Source: Octopus sinensis (taxonomy: Eukaryota). From it: 64,000 bases of DNA. Numbering within the stretch: the first letter of the stretch is position 1; each line of letters opens with the position of its first letter. Both the position numbers and the translations under genes were made by a program. The stretch lies in NCBI RefSeq assembly GCF_006345805.1, contig NC_043000.1:83204001-83268000 (forward strand). Direction: 5' to 3'. Under the pieces are notes generated by a model. The model ran no database searches and was not told where the DNA came from. It saw only the letters and a list, made by a program, of their open reading frames with translations. This document shows, piece after piece, positions 37,717-52,266 of the stretch.

Positions 37717-40700
37717 TAAAAGGTTACATAATATTTACTCACCATCTCCTCTCATCATTAATAACATTTATCTAGATCATTAATGTTACTTCTGGTTCCA
37801 GTAACATATTACCATCTGTAAATACATATATTTTGTTCTCCCACAACTTACCTGATTAAAATTGTGGTTCTTGGAACAATTTCATCATTGTTCTTCCACT
37901 TTTACAAGAAAAAATATTTTTATGCTACAGTTTAGCTGCAAAACAAAATAAGAAACAAAGAGACTTATAACTTCACTGAGACAAACAAATTTCTTTGATT
38001 TATCTGCTCTATTTTGGTGCAGGCATGGCTGTGTGGTTAAGAAGTTTGTTTCCCAAACACATGGTTTCTGATTCAGTTCCACAGCGTGACACCTTGGACA
38101 AGTGTCTTCTACTAAAGTCCCAGGATAACCAAAACCATGTGAGTGAATTTGGTAGATGGAAATTTAGTCCTTGCTGTAAAGTGGTTGGAATTAGAAAAGG
38201 TATCCAGCCATAGAAACCATGCCAAAATGGACACTGGACACATTGGATCCTGTCAAATCATGCCAACATGGAACATGGATGTTAAATTATGATGATGAGG
38301 AGGATATGTGTGTATGCATTTGTGTTTCCTTGTCCTGATGTCACATGATAGTTGTAAATGAGAGTCACCTTCATACAAACAAGATCCTTTGTTTCTACTC
38401 TTCTATGGAGACTTGCCTGACCATGGGGAATTATTAACTTACTTGGAGCTGGTTAAGGTAGGAGATAGGAAGGGCATCTGACCATAGAAAATCTGCTTCG
38501 CCAAACTCAGTCTGACCCATGTAAGCATGGAAGACTAGACATTAACAGTGATGATGATGATGATGATGATGATGTTACTTATTGTTCCTGTATTACATAT
38601 ACCCTGAATAATCTTTAATCACAGCCATAGTATTTGTTTTAGAGCAAGTCTTGGAAATTGGTGGTTCCCTAAGCCCTTCATGTTTTAGGCCCTTACTTTC
38701 ATAAACTCATGTCATATTGCCTACAAACTCCACAGATGGGACTTTTTGTCATGCCATAAGCTCAGTGCATTGTTTCATTTGTGCACTATAGCTTGGGACC
38801 ATAAGTGCTTAATGCAAATCCACCTACACCTGCCAATCATCAGTACCATTCAGAAGCTTGGGGCTCATCTTTCCTTTGTTCACACTCAAACATTGCTCAT
38901 TTCCCCTCTCCTGTGCTATGTAAAAGGGTAAGCAGTTTACATGAAGACTAAGGTAATGAAATTCCACAACAGGGTCCAATCCTTGATGTAGTTTGGTGAC
39001 TTGTATTCCTCAATAATTCTGGGAGCTATGCCAGCAGAGCATAACTTCTTTGTAGGGACTCTCATGCTGGATAGGTCAAAGGAGAGTAGCCAGAATAATA
39101 TGGACCTCCTCTTACCAACAATAAAATTGGATTTGCATAAGGTCAACACTCCTGCCTAGAAAAGGAAGCAAAGTTATAGAAACATTGATGATAACCTCTT
39201 GGGAGAGAAAGGCCATCCCTCAGAGAAACATATGACATGTTTGGCCCTGACCTGGAACCGATAAGGGAAGCAGAATAGAGAATGCCCAAAAATAGCTGGA
39301 GGAAGAATACTGAAACAGCACTAAAAAAGTAGGGATCCAACTGGAAAGAAGCAAAAAAAAAAAGGCCCACAGTTAGTCTATGACACACTATCAGATGACT
39401 AAACTGTTGGTAAGTACAGACATTCATGCTAGATGGAAAGTTGTCATCCTTTCTTCTCTCTGCTGAAATAGATATAAAAATACTGTTTTGTTGAGTTTTA
39501 GCAATTTGTGGAGTATATTTCCATTTTATCTTCAGAGTATAGAAATCAATAGTCAATAACCAATAATGTGTTCTGCCAATGTTTTTGCATCTCCCAACTT
39601 CTTTGTATAGATTTTTCTCGTTCTCTTGACATGTTTCTGTTGTCTTCATTTGATGGAAAGGCTATATTATACAATCCAAAGTAAGAGACATTTTGCAGAT
39701 AGACAAAAGTGTGTGTGTGTAAAATTATGATTGAAACAGTAGTTATTCTTTAAGGCAGAGGTCCCTAAACTACAGGTTTTGGACTAACAAATGGATCATC
39801 TGATATTGTGCTGCACAGAAAGAATAAATTTTATTTCTATTTTATTGACTATTACAATTTGCAGGGTCCTTTTGCATTAGCTATAATATAAATCCCGTTC
39901 TGTGTGTGTGTCATTATAATGACCGTATTTTTCAACTGCTTTTCTCCAAACTGAGAACATACATTACTTATGTTCCAGGGATGGTTTTAGACTCTTAAGA
40001 TTTCTCACATAATGAGTAACGGGTTGCATAGGGGAAGAAAACACCGGTTCCTGGGTTACGTGGAGAAGGGAGGTAACTCTTTGCAGAGTAACTTTCAGAA
40101 ATAGATTATTTCCCTTACATCCATTGGTCATCAAAAAAAAATATTTCATATATTAGATTCGTCTTTGAAAGTTTTAAAAAATATCTACTTCCATGTTTTT
40201 TAGCATCAGTGACGTCTATATCTCACTATCCACATCTCTATCTCTCTATCTCTATATCTATCTATCTCTCTGTATCTATCTGTCTATATCCTATCTAACT
40301 ATCTATATCTCATTTGTCTAACTAGCTAGCTCTCTCTCTCTCTCTCTCCCCTCTCTCTATATCTCACTCACTCTCTATTGTTTTCACTTCAATTTTTCAG
40401 ATGCTATTGTTTTCACTGTAAGTTTTCAATTGCTATTTACAAACAACCATGACAAATTACTGACAGAAAGAAGTTCACAGTTACTGATGAAAATTATTTC
40501 ATACATAACTTACTGACAGAAGTAACTTAAAAAATTTCACTCAAATCCGTACACTTCATTAATTTCCCTAAAAATTTCTTATTTACTTTTGCAAAGGTTT
40601 TGTGTTTTTCTGTTTGCTGATTCTTTCAATACTGTCTCTTTGGTTCACTGACAAATTTTGTTTCAACCTGTACAATTCTCTATTTTCTGCAAAAATATCT

Positions 40701-40807
40701 TATTTACCTTTTGCTTGTCGTAATTGAAAAATATAATTTCTGTTACTCAGTTATTTTCATTGCTTACTATCTTCTGCACCTTTGTATTTCTGTATACATA
40801 TATAACC

Positions 40808-41655
40808 ATGCCTAGAAGGAAAGGGTCAAATTTGTCTACAATGTCATGGTCGGCCAAGAAAATGTCTCTGTCCAAGGAAAGAGAGACAGCTGCAGAAAGG
40901 AAAGCATACCAAGAAACGAACAGACTGTGCACTTACACAGCTGACAATGAATAGGATCTCTACTGCAGAACAAAGAGCAGTTGCAATAGCTCAGAGAAGC
41001 AACTTCTATGAAGCAGCTTTCATTATGCAGATGATACTAGAGTTTCCATTGGTGCAATGACAACTGAGTGCATACAGTATAAAGCAAGGAAGGGCCTGGA
41101 GAGATACCTGCACTGTGCTGCAGTGGAAGAAATGTTAAACTCCCTGCAATCCTCCAACCTCCAGAGCCATTGAAGAAACTGTTATCATCAACTGACCAAG
41201 ATTCCAAGCACTTCCAAAACAAAATTAGACAATACAATGTTGCACTACAGATGACATTTGGAGCCACAAGAGACTTAACTGAGCCAGGATTCATGCAAAC
41301 TTTCAAGATCCACGGTCAGATTTATCATTGGATTGACTCTCTACTACCTCTGTCAAATGAATCACCACAATCAGCCATTCATTGTTTATAATCTGTACCT
41401 GTGTTTTGGTTACGAAATAAGCTACAGAAAATATGTTTTTGAATTACATGCATTTACTTTATATACATATATGAGTTGAAAACTTTCTTTTAACATCTCA
41501 CTTAATGTCTGTTCCATGCTGGCATGGGTTGGAGAATTATTAATGTAGAAAGTTGGTATCTCAGCTACTAGCAGTTGAGACCTTCATAATCTAGGCAACG
41601 TTTTTAAATTTCATTATTCTCTTTAACACAGGTAATGCCAGGTACTTCTGTTAGT
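40808..41655 (+). mobile_element. Helitron remnant (N-terminal Rep/Hel region plus 3' end)
   Basis: CCSGRNVKLP..QPPEPLKKLL...SKHFQNKIRQYNVALQMTFGA...GFMQTFKIHGQIYHWIDSLLP matches the conserved N-terminal region of Helitron helicases. A decayed hairpin-plus-CTAG-like end lies at about 41625-41655. Confidence 0.8.
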
Positions 41656-41964
41656 TGTTTATATGTGCAATATATGTATTATATATATGTAATAATTAAA
41701 TTATATATTATGCACTTTATTGTTTGTGGTGTATGTGGTTACTCAGTCTGTTGAAAAATTGTCTAGAATGAAATCAGGAGCTAAAAATGGTTGAGACCAT
41801 TGCTTTGAGACATAGGACAAAATATAGCTTGTAATTACTGTTTGAATCCCCCAGAAAATGAGCTCATGACATAGAGGGTTGGAAAAAAGCAATGATCTAA
41901 ATGACAATGTAGATATTTATGCTTATGAGAGAGGGGGGTGAGGGAAAATGGGAGGGAGAGAGAG

Positions 41965-42011
<47 letters not shown>

Positions 42012-42769
42012 GCTATATATGAGAAATGTATAACTAGTCTTCATATACTTCAGCCATCCAGTTTTGATCTGGTTAATTTGTTTAGATAAACTTGACAATA
42101 TATTTATTTTTTACTTATTTATTTCTCAGTGTTTAATTCAACAAAATATTGTAAATTATCACTTAAGTTCAAAAAACAAAAAAAGCAATACAGAAAGGTT
42201 GACATTGTTTATATTGTCCAAAAATGTTGATCACCTAATCTTACTGAAGTTAATTTCCGTAGAGGTCGACTTTGCCTTTCATCCTTTTGGAGTTGATTAA
42301 ATAAGTACCAGTTGAGTGCTGGGGTTGATGTAATTGACTTATTCCCTCCTCCAAAATTGCTGGGTTTGTGCCAAAATTTGAAACCAATCTTACTGAAGTT
42401 AAAATAACTACAATCAGTCTCACTCTATAGCTGTACTCTGTGGATTAAACCACCAGGTTTGTTTATAGGATGCATGATGGCTTATTTGCCCTGAAGGCCC
42501 TAAAAGTTATGGCAGTGGAGCACAAAATCCTAATATAAGCCAGGCCAATATGGACCACCTCTTCCCAGCAGTAAAAATAGGTTTGTGCAGGGCCAACACC
42601 CATCCCTACCTAAAAAAAAGCAAAGTTACAAAAACATTGATGACAATTCAAAGTTAAGGATATTCTGATGGCAGTTCAGAACCTTCTGGAAGAGGAAGGC
42701 CATTCTTCTGGGAAACATAGGATATGTCAGCACTCATCTGGAACCTACAAGGGACGAGAGGATATTTAC

Positions 42770-43150
42770 CTTGTGCCAAGAGAGTCCTAATGTTTGAATT
42801 GGCATTCTGTCAGTTACAATGACGAGTGTTCCAGTTTATCTGATCAATGGAACAACCTGCTAATCAAATTAACATACAAGTAACTGAACATTCCACAGAC
42901 ATGCATACCCTTAACATACTTCTCAGGGAGATTCAGTGTGACACAGAATGAGATAAGGCTGGTACAACTCATTTACAGGTACAACAGGTACATTTACAGG
43001 AATTACAGGTACAACTCATTTTTACAGCTGAGTGAACTGGAGCAACATGAAATAAAGTGTCTTACTCAAGGACAAACATGCACTTGGAATCAAACTCATG
43101 ACCTTATAATCACGAGCCAAACACCCTAACCACTAAGCCATACATTTTCA
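42770..43150 (-). mobile_element. tRNA-derived SINE (related copy at about 9340-9545 on +)
   Basis: Head ATGGCTTAGTGGTTAGGGTGTTTGGCTC...GAGTTTGATTCC followed by CCTTGAGTAAGACACTTTATTTCA. Confidence 0.7.
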
Positions 43151-44139
43151 CTTCCTATTGTCTAACCATAGAGTATTTGCACAGCAAAGTGAGTGTAGAT
43201 CTGTCAAGCATATGTATGTGAATTTATATACACTTTATCTTATTCATCTCCTTGTTTTCCTAATTTTAAAATCCTTAGAAGAAGTGTTTGTCAACTAATT
43301 GTATTGATAATCAGTAGTAATCAAGGATTTTCAACTAGTAATATCACATATGTTAGACCAAAGCTGGTGAACCTAAGATATATGCCACCAATGACATACA
43401 GTGTCTTTTTAGGTGACATGAAATGGACTGCAATACCATGGATTAAAAAGTTATTAAATTTGACACAGAATTTTAAAATATAAACATTATGTAATCTCCA
43501 GTTGTTATATCCTTGTGGATAAACGAATACACTGCAACAGTGTAATAATATAATCGAAACAAATGGCAGTAACCACATGTAACGTAACAATAATCTTTTA
43601 AGAACCAACAATCCATCGAAGTCCTTCGATGCAGGTTGGCAAGCTGACTTTCATCAAAACCCAGAGTCTCACCCAAGCCATCATCACATTTGCCCTCTAT
43701 AGTATGCAAGGTGGTACCCCTTCCACTGACATTGCTCATTCAGGAGAGAAGCACGAGCGCCTGTCAACAGTCTGCTTGCCAAGCTCCCAGCCTTGGTCTG
43801 CGCCTGATCCAGCATTCCAGTTTACCAAAACAGCTGAACCTGGGAAATATCTCATCAATGAATGGAGACCACACCCACTCACTGTCTCACTTATTCAGAC
43901 TGCTATCATTTATATGTAGTGGTCCAGTCCATTCTTGCCAGGGGGTGGTGCACTCTTGCACAACACCAATGACAAAGAACTTTATATTTCATATTACAAG
44001 CAATAAATTAAAAGTTGTATTACAAGTATGAAGGTTGACCTATTTTTCTACATTGTTTTGTAAAATAGATTATAAGTTAATTGTTTGTGTAGTAAGCTAC
44101 AAAATTATTACATTCTCTCAATTTCCTGTAATTCAGAAT

Positions 44140-44480
44140 GTTCCATGGTCCCGGCAGACAAAATGGAAAAGGCGTTGGCCTGCAGGCTGGCAAGGAGGAT
44201 GCACTGCAACAGCTACCCTGACTCACGGGGCTCACACTTGTGAATAGCCATCTCCACCCTGATAGCAGTGAGCAGGGATATGATCTGGGGGCAGAGAACA
44301 TTAGAGGTCTCCACTGCCACAGACCTGACCTATACCTGTCAGAGAGTGATCGACATTTTGACAGTTTGCTTTTTTCAGCCCAGTGAGCAGCAGGCTGAAC
44401 ACTCCAAATTGCCACTGGAGAAGATGTCACAGCATGTGGCATCCCAGATGATGGACATTGGTCTCACAAGGGCAGGATTT
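44140..44480 (-). mobile_element. Remnant restriction-like endonuclease (RLE) domain of a CRE-like non-LTR retrotransposon
   Basis: One frame reads SIIWDATCCDIFS...SVAVETSNVLCPQIISLLTAI...EPRESG*LLQCILLASLQANAFSILSA, matching the WDATC.D...P.AVET.G...QR.S.A..RGNA pattern. Several stops. Confidence 0.6.
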
Positions 44481-47420
44481 TAATATTTTTCCTTCAGTTC
44501 TTCAAATCATAATATCAATTGCCCATAGAAAAATTAAATTATTACAAAAAGGAAGGAGATGAAATTGATTGACTATGCAATACAATGTTGTTGATAAGGA
44601 TGGACAAAGTTGTTTATATACTGTGTGACAAGTTAACTATGAATAGAAATTAGAAAGTTAGTATTTTGACACTTAAGATTTCAAATAATATATGACACAA
44701 CAGCTAAAAGAGAAACATTCCCAATCAAAGAACATATTGAAATTCTTAATAGGACCATCGCATTTAGTAAGTGCAAGTTTTAGTATTTCATAAACTATTG
44801 TTAATCATGGAAAATTACTAAATGATGCATCGTTTTTTTAAAATTTTTTTCAGAAGAAAAAATTAATTATAAAGTGCATGAATGAATTAACAGTAAACAA
44901 GAATACTGTTAGAGATAAAGTTATGGAAATTAATGCTAATGTAGTAGTACTAAGCATTCAAACCACGTCAGCCCAGTAACAAGTGAAGGTTATGACAGCA
45001 ATCTTAGCCTACATTTTAGCCAATCATTGTCCTTGTGCATTTGTGTTGGTGTTAAGAGTAATGAAAAATTCAGTGAAGTTTTGTACCAAATGATGGTTAT
45101 AAAATACAAACTAGAGGAGAGCAAGCACTGGCAGAGGACAGCAGAGGTTTTCTTGGTCAACCAGCAGTCATGCCACTACGGAATTGCACTCCACTTGTAA
45201 GCTTCTTATTCTAGTTCCAGTTCCTTAAGACTACAGAAATAATTGTAATGGGAGGAGATACTCCACAGGTATCACAAGCCTTCAATTCCATTATACCACT
45301 TTGACCTTAGGCTAAAAGATTACTTCACCAAGTCTCATGACTTACATATTTTTCCTCTCATCAAACACATTCTCACACACAAACTGCTGGCATTCAGCAT
45401 ATCAGCATTTGGCATGTAACATTGTAACATCAATATGAAAATAAAACCGAGTCATTAAAACTAAATATTGTGGTTGGTTTTATGTGGGAAATGACATGCT
45501 GCCAGAACAAATTTTTAGCTACCAGTTAACCCAGCCTCACTTACAAAATCATGTTCAACACTTAAATAGCTATAACTTTTCTCATTTTTCATGATAAAAC
45601 CTCTGATATTGTTATTAACTTAGTTAACTATAGTTGCACAATATTTTTACAGATTCTGTTCATGAGAAATTTAAGTAAGGGAATTTGCCTCTAAGCATGC
45701 CAGAAAAATACATACATGACATAACTGTATAGCTAAAATGTTTCATGAAAGACAAAGTGATTTGTCAAAAATTGTTTCAGTTTCAACTGTTGGGTCCTCT
45801 AATATGGTAGTTCTAAATTAGTGCTTCTCAACTGGGGTCCATATAAGATTTTGTTAAAATTTATCTGTAATATATTGGTTTCACTTCTGCAATGCACAAA
45901 ATGTTATAACAATTTTCTTCTATATAATTCCTAATAATATTTAATAGTAAAAATATTTTTTAAACATCAAGTGGCTAGGTGGGGCTATCCATGTAAAATA
46001 GGAACCAAAGGGCTTGGCATAAACAAGTATTTAAATAACTTTTAAATGAAGTGGAATAAGTTTACAGCGGTTTAATTATTTACATTAGCTGAGACATAGC
46101 TAATTACATGAACGACTTGTTGAATCTTTAAATGATTACTTTTAAATTTGGAAAGCATAGAGCATGATTTTTCTGTAGCTAAATCATTATACTTGGTCCA
46201 GTGAATTTATATTTTTCAAGGAGTTTTCAATGTATATGAATAAACATAATATGAAACTGCAAGGTTTTTGGGAATCTGCCATTGTGATGTGTGATTTGAC
46301 CCAAAGATTTAATAGTAAACTTAACATATAGTTGTAGACATGGCTATGTGGTAAGAAGCTTGCTTCCCAATCACATGGTTTGAGGTTCAGTCCCATATTA
46401 TACACACATACATCATGTTATATACACACACACACATATGAATGTGACTAGAATAAAATTTGTTTTTAATGATATAGAAAGAAATAAAAGGAAAAAAATA
46501 TGACTCTTACAAATATTTAGCAATTTAATTCTTTAAATAAAAATAGTGTCCTGGATTTGATTCATTTAGACTAGTCCAATGAGAGCAGAAGATGTACAGA
46601 TGTAATGTCTAGGAAAACTATGGTGCATGAGAAGCTTTAAAAAAAATGAGAATATTACAAAATTTTTCAAAGATGGAAACTGGCATATGAAATTAAATAC
46701 AAGGGGAGAAAACTGACATAAAAAAAAACAACCTTACAAATACTTTTCTACTCTAGGCTCAAGGCATGAAATTTTTTTTTTTTGGTGGGGGGGTCAGTCA
46801 ATTAGATTGACCCCAGTATGCAACTGGTACTTAATTTATCGACCCGAAAGGATGAAAGGCAAAGTTGACCTTGGTGGAATATGAACTCAGAACGTAATCT
46901 TTTCTACTCTAGGCACAAGGATTGAAATTTTGGGGGAGGGGCCAGTCGATTAGATCAACCCCAGTACGCAACTGGTACTTAATTTATCGACCCCAAAAAA
47001 ATGAAAGGCAAACCTCAGCGGAATTTGAACTCAGAATGTAATGACAGACAAAATACCACTAAGCACTTTGCCTGGTAGGCCAACATTTCTGCCAGCTCAC
47101 TGCCTTAACAACCTCACATATTGTATTAAAAAAAGTGTCTGTCTACTTTCAACACGATGTCAGAAAAAAAGGGCTGCAAGAAAACATATCAAGAGCTCAT
47201 TATTTTGTTCTTCTTGTGTGACCAAATGATGTTCATCCTTTCAATATATTTTGAAAGTTATTCACATTAAAAAAGTCCCAAGTGTATGCTGTGAAGGAAA
47301 AAATAAAGTTAGACCAAGTGCTTAAAAAGTGCACTTAAGAATTGATTATTTGTTCTTGTTATAAAATGTGTTATCCATCATTTCCTGATATTGAGAAGAT
47401 ATTCACACTGAAAAGAAATA

Positions 47421-47861
47421 CGGTGGCACATAAAAACACCATCCGAGCGTGGCCGTCTGCCAGCCTCGTCTGGCACCTGTGTCGGTGGCACATAAAAACA
47501 CCATCCGAGCGTGGCCATCTGCCAGCCTCGTCTGGCACCTGTGTCGGTGGCACATAAAAAACACCATCCGAGCGTGGCCGTCTGCCAGCCTCGTCTGGCA
47601 CCTGTGTCGGTGGCACATAAAAAACACCATCCGAGCGTGGTCGTTTGCCAGCCTCGTCTGGCACCTGTGTCGGTGGCACATAAAATCACCCACTACACTC
47701 TCGGAGTGGTTGGCGTTAGGAAGGGCATCCAGCTGTAGAAACACTGCCAGATCTGACTGGACTGGTGCAGCTTTCGGGCTCCCCAGACCCCAGTTGAACC
47801 GTCCAACCCATGCTAGCATGGAAAGCGGACGTTAAATGATGATGATGATGATGATGATGAT
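47421..47861 (+). mobile_element. RTE 3' end (about 4.5 units of the 62-bp repeat plus tail)
   Basis: Nearly identical to the reverse complement of 31131-31560; ends in (GAT)n. Confidence 0.9.
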
Positions 47862-49963
47862 AAGAAGGAAAAAAATAGTCTTGGTGTCAGACCATAGCAT
47901 AAGTTGTAAGTTTGTGACCATTAGGATATTTTATTGCAAAGCTTACTTCAAAAGCAAAGAATGATATTGATCTGGTATCATGACTGTAATTATTTGAGTG
48001 AGAAAGATACTATTTAACAACTTCTGTGGCTTTGGTAGTTAGCAGAGGATGCATTCAGTAAAGAAAATATTTTGTTATTACAAGACCATGTCCAAAATTG
48101 ACATCAAAGCTTGCTCAATGATTTCTGCTATATCTATCATTAGACATATGAAATAAACTAGTTATGTAGATGCAATCGGGATCTGACAGTGAACTATCTC
48201 TTCCAACCTATGGCGTTTGAGATGTTTGGAGGGACTGGGCCACTAACAGCGAAGTTCTTGTCATTGTTGGCAGCTTGCTTCACTAAAGTGATGCCTGTGA
48301 GGGTTCTTGGCTTTCCAACACCTTATCCTCACCATCACTCATGGTAACTCTGTGGGTGTGCTAGCTTGCTTCGATAGGTTCTGTTGAACCTTGTGGTATG
48401 CGACCGAACAACTGAAGCACTTGGTGCAGCATTGATGTTTTTCTTTCTTTTCTTTCTCCCTTCTTTTGTCTTTTTTCTTTGTCTTTCTTTTGTAAAATAT
48501 ATTTCTGTTCATATTTTGAATACAATTTTGTTTTTATTTAGAGACATTCTTATGAATGCATTATTAAAAATAAAATAAAATAATATTTTGAAACATTGGT
48601 CTAAAAAGGTTTGTCATTACTGTATTAGGCTCTACTACATTTGTATTTGATATGCTGAACACATCCCCAAACGTATTTTCCCCAGTCATATAGTTGATAT
48701 GTTTAACAGTATCTCTACATCACTCTTAGTCTTATCAACTGTGTAGAATATTCTTCACAGAGGAGGGTTTAATAAGACCGAACATATCCATTGCTTTCTC
48801 CATTTGGATTTAGAAACCAGATCTTCCAATTCCCATTCTCCATATTTTCTATGAATTTCGATCAACTGAACTAATTGGAGTTACTTCCCTTACTTATTGT
48901 TTTCCAACTCTGAAATGTTTAGTGAGTGTTTTTCTCTAACTTCCTAGATAATCTCAACCTGTTTTTCACTTCTCTGTGTAACGTATGTGACAACCTGCCA
49001 CAGTTGTTTTTAATATGTGACTCTCTACCCCAGGTAATTTCCATTCAGCCATATTCAACTAATTCTAAAATCTCTCAAATAATACAGAGTGAACGTGGAG
49101 AGAAAACGTGAATGATTAATGAGCCATATTATATATTTATTACAAAAGTTAGGTAAATACTTTGTTTCCTGATAATTTTTTTAATGTACAAAAAGTCACA
49201 GGGAAAAATCAGAAATAAAAAGCACAGGAAACTTTCATGAGTAACTTATTTAATGTTTGTTTTGCTGTTTCATTCTTTAAATGGAGATGTTGAATAAAGC
49301 AAATTTTTTGTCATGTTATGTATAGGCTTATAATAAATCTTTGTCATTGAATACAAACTATGTATTGTCACTTCTTAGGTGACTTAAAATGCTATTTAAT
49401 TGTTTTCACCTAGATTGTATTGCTCTTTAAATATAACGTTTCCTGTAACATATACCTGGTCAAATTTGTGACTTTTTTCCATGACTTTATTTTCGTCACC
49501 ACTGTAAAAGAAATTTATTCAATATTAGTTTATTTACTTTCGAAAAACAACCCACGTATACACACTCCAATCATTACTTCCTTGTTTTTAATACCTTCGT
49601 CTTTCTTGTGGATTTTTATTGATAAAATCACATTAGTGAAATACTTCTGAAATTTCTGGCCTTAAATTCAAGGTTAGTCGATCTAAAAACACTTTCTTTA
49701 TTTGTATATAAAATAGTTATTTCTTTGTTGTTGTTTTTTCCTCTCAAATTGTTGATTACCCATTTTCAGAGAAACACACGGCAGTTAGTTGGTTTTTCAG
49801 TTTTGAGAATTTAACTTTTATTTTATTAGTAACCAAACCACAAAGATCTTAATTTGCTAATCCAACAAGTTCTTCGAACTACAAATACACGTGTATGTTT
49901 ATGTAACACCTACATCAAAGATAGACACCACACCACATCACGCAATAAATACAGCAGTTCAAG

Positions 49964-50140
49964 GGGGCGAGCTGGCGGAATCGTTAACACGCCTCGCAAA
50001 ATAATTAGCGGCATTTCGTCCGTGTTAACGTTCTAGGTTCAAATTCCGCCGAGGTTGATTTTTCCTTTTATCCTTTCGGGGTCGATAATATAATTACTAG
50101 TCAAGTATTTACTCGACTTACCCTCCCCCAAAATTTGAAA
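49964..50140 (+). mobile_element. SINE family A copy with CpGs retained
   Basis: GGCGAGCTGGCGGAATCGTTA A-box-like head, GTTCAAATTCC B-box-like motif and the family core. Confidence 0.8.
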
Positions 50141-51482
50141 GCAATATATTATACCACATTACATTACATTTATATACTATATTATGCTACATTACACTTA
50201 TATCCAATACATACCATAGTACATACGTCACACCATAAACCCAAGCTACATCACCAGGGTAATATTGTATGCCCCCGGGAAAATCAGTGTACTAGGCCTT
50301 ATATTTATTTATTGACAGCAAGGCAAGCATACATAGATAAGAACTGAGCTCCTAAACCACGCATTAAATAACAACATACATCACAAATACACAAAACACA
50401 CACCCACTACTATACACCACATCACAAATTACTCCCACATTAACAAATACATATATCACACTATAAACACAAACACATGACGGTCTCCAAAAGATACATT
50501 GAAGCGGTGAGCCGTGTTAGGTCCTTTCTCAGGTTTGATTCAGTTTTTGAAGTGAGTCGGAAAAAATGCCAGGATCTATCGTTTTCAGAGTTTTTAATGT
50601 TCTGCATCAATACATTTGGCAGTAAAGTAAACTATAACCAGTGCACCAGTCTCTGGTTTTAAATAATTAAAATACTTATTGTAAATTTAATAAAAGAAAC
50701 AATTTGAGCCGATGGTGTTCACTGTTTTAGCGTGTAATTTTTAGTGGCGGGATGGATTGAAGTTGAAAAACTATAAACTGTGCTAAACACACATAGACAA
50801 ATCTAATATGTTTTACTTTCTCACCCACTTCGAGAAATATATCCGTTTCTTTCACATAAACATACAGGTAGGTTAATCTTTTATGAACATAGGTATCTAT
50901 TTACACACCACACACACACACTATTAACTACTGAACAGATAAGTAGGTCCAAATTCCTTTTGCGTTGTAGTTTTATTAGTTCTCCACTTCTTAAGGTTTT
51001 TAAAGCTTACCTTATTGTATTTAGAAATTAAAAGCTACTTCCCTGTCAATCCTGTATTTCTTCATAGCAAGGCAAAATATTTGACGTAAGTAAAAATTAT
51101 AACTTTTTAAACCCCATTTATAATTTTAGTTGAATGGAAATGAATTCAATAACCACCTGTTGCACATATAATTTAATTTCACAACTGTAAAATGTCTAAC
51201 GTAAAGTAAAACATTGTTGTAAAACTATTAGGGATTTATGATATTTTCCTTGCTTTTTGTTTATTGTTCTGCTGAAAAATTACTCATTAATGTGATATCA
51301 AGTCGAAGCATGTTTGTACGTGTCCTGAAAGTGGAACGAAATTATGTCCGGCTCTAGGCATAGGTACGCACATGCTTGTACGTATACATACGTACATACA
51401 TACACACACACATACATTTAAATACACAATATACATGCATTGACGTGGGTGTTATATATATATGTGTGTGTGTATATATATG

Positions 51483-51538
<56 letters not shown>

Positions 51539-52168
51539 CATGTATGTAAATGTATCTATATGTATGTGTATATATATACATATGTGTGCCCCACATTATG
51601 TATACATAATTTTGACATGGGTGATTCTTTCTTGTCTTGGGATTCACGGTCAAATGGCTGGGTGGAATTTTGCAAAAATTACACAGATGTGTAGAATGAT
51701 CCGGTGGTGATGCTGGGCTTTGTATTTTTTTTTCATAGCTCCTATGGTTTCTGAGATAATCTACTATAATAATACTCTTGTGTTTATGAATGAGAAAGGA
51801 AGGGGTGATGTCATACTTGGTCATGGGATGATGAAAATTGTACGCTGAAAAAATGAATCAAACAGCGTTTCAACTCTGTGAATATATGTGTATGTAAAAA
51901 GGGGGGGGTATGTGAATGTGTGTGTGTGTGTGCACGTGCAATAGAAGTGGGATGGTTCATCTTTGTTCACTTAGTATTTGGGTTTATTTTTTTGATTTGG
52001 TTGAATCTTTTTTTTTTTTGTTGGTCAGTTATTTTTAGCGTTTTAACAGAAAATGTCATTCTAAAATTGTTTTTTAAAGTAAGCGTTTCCAAACAAGTCT
52101 AATGCTTACACAGAGCAGGTTTTACAGTCACATCATTCAAGCCGACCGAGTGAAACTGGGCTTAGCTG

Positions 52169-52210
<42 letters not shown>

Positions 52211-52266
52211 CATGCATATATGCATATGTATATATGTTCATATATATATATATGTGTGTGTGTGTG

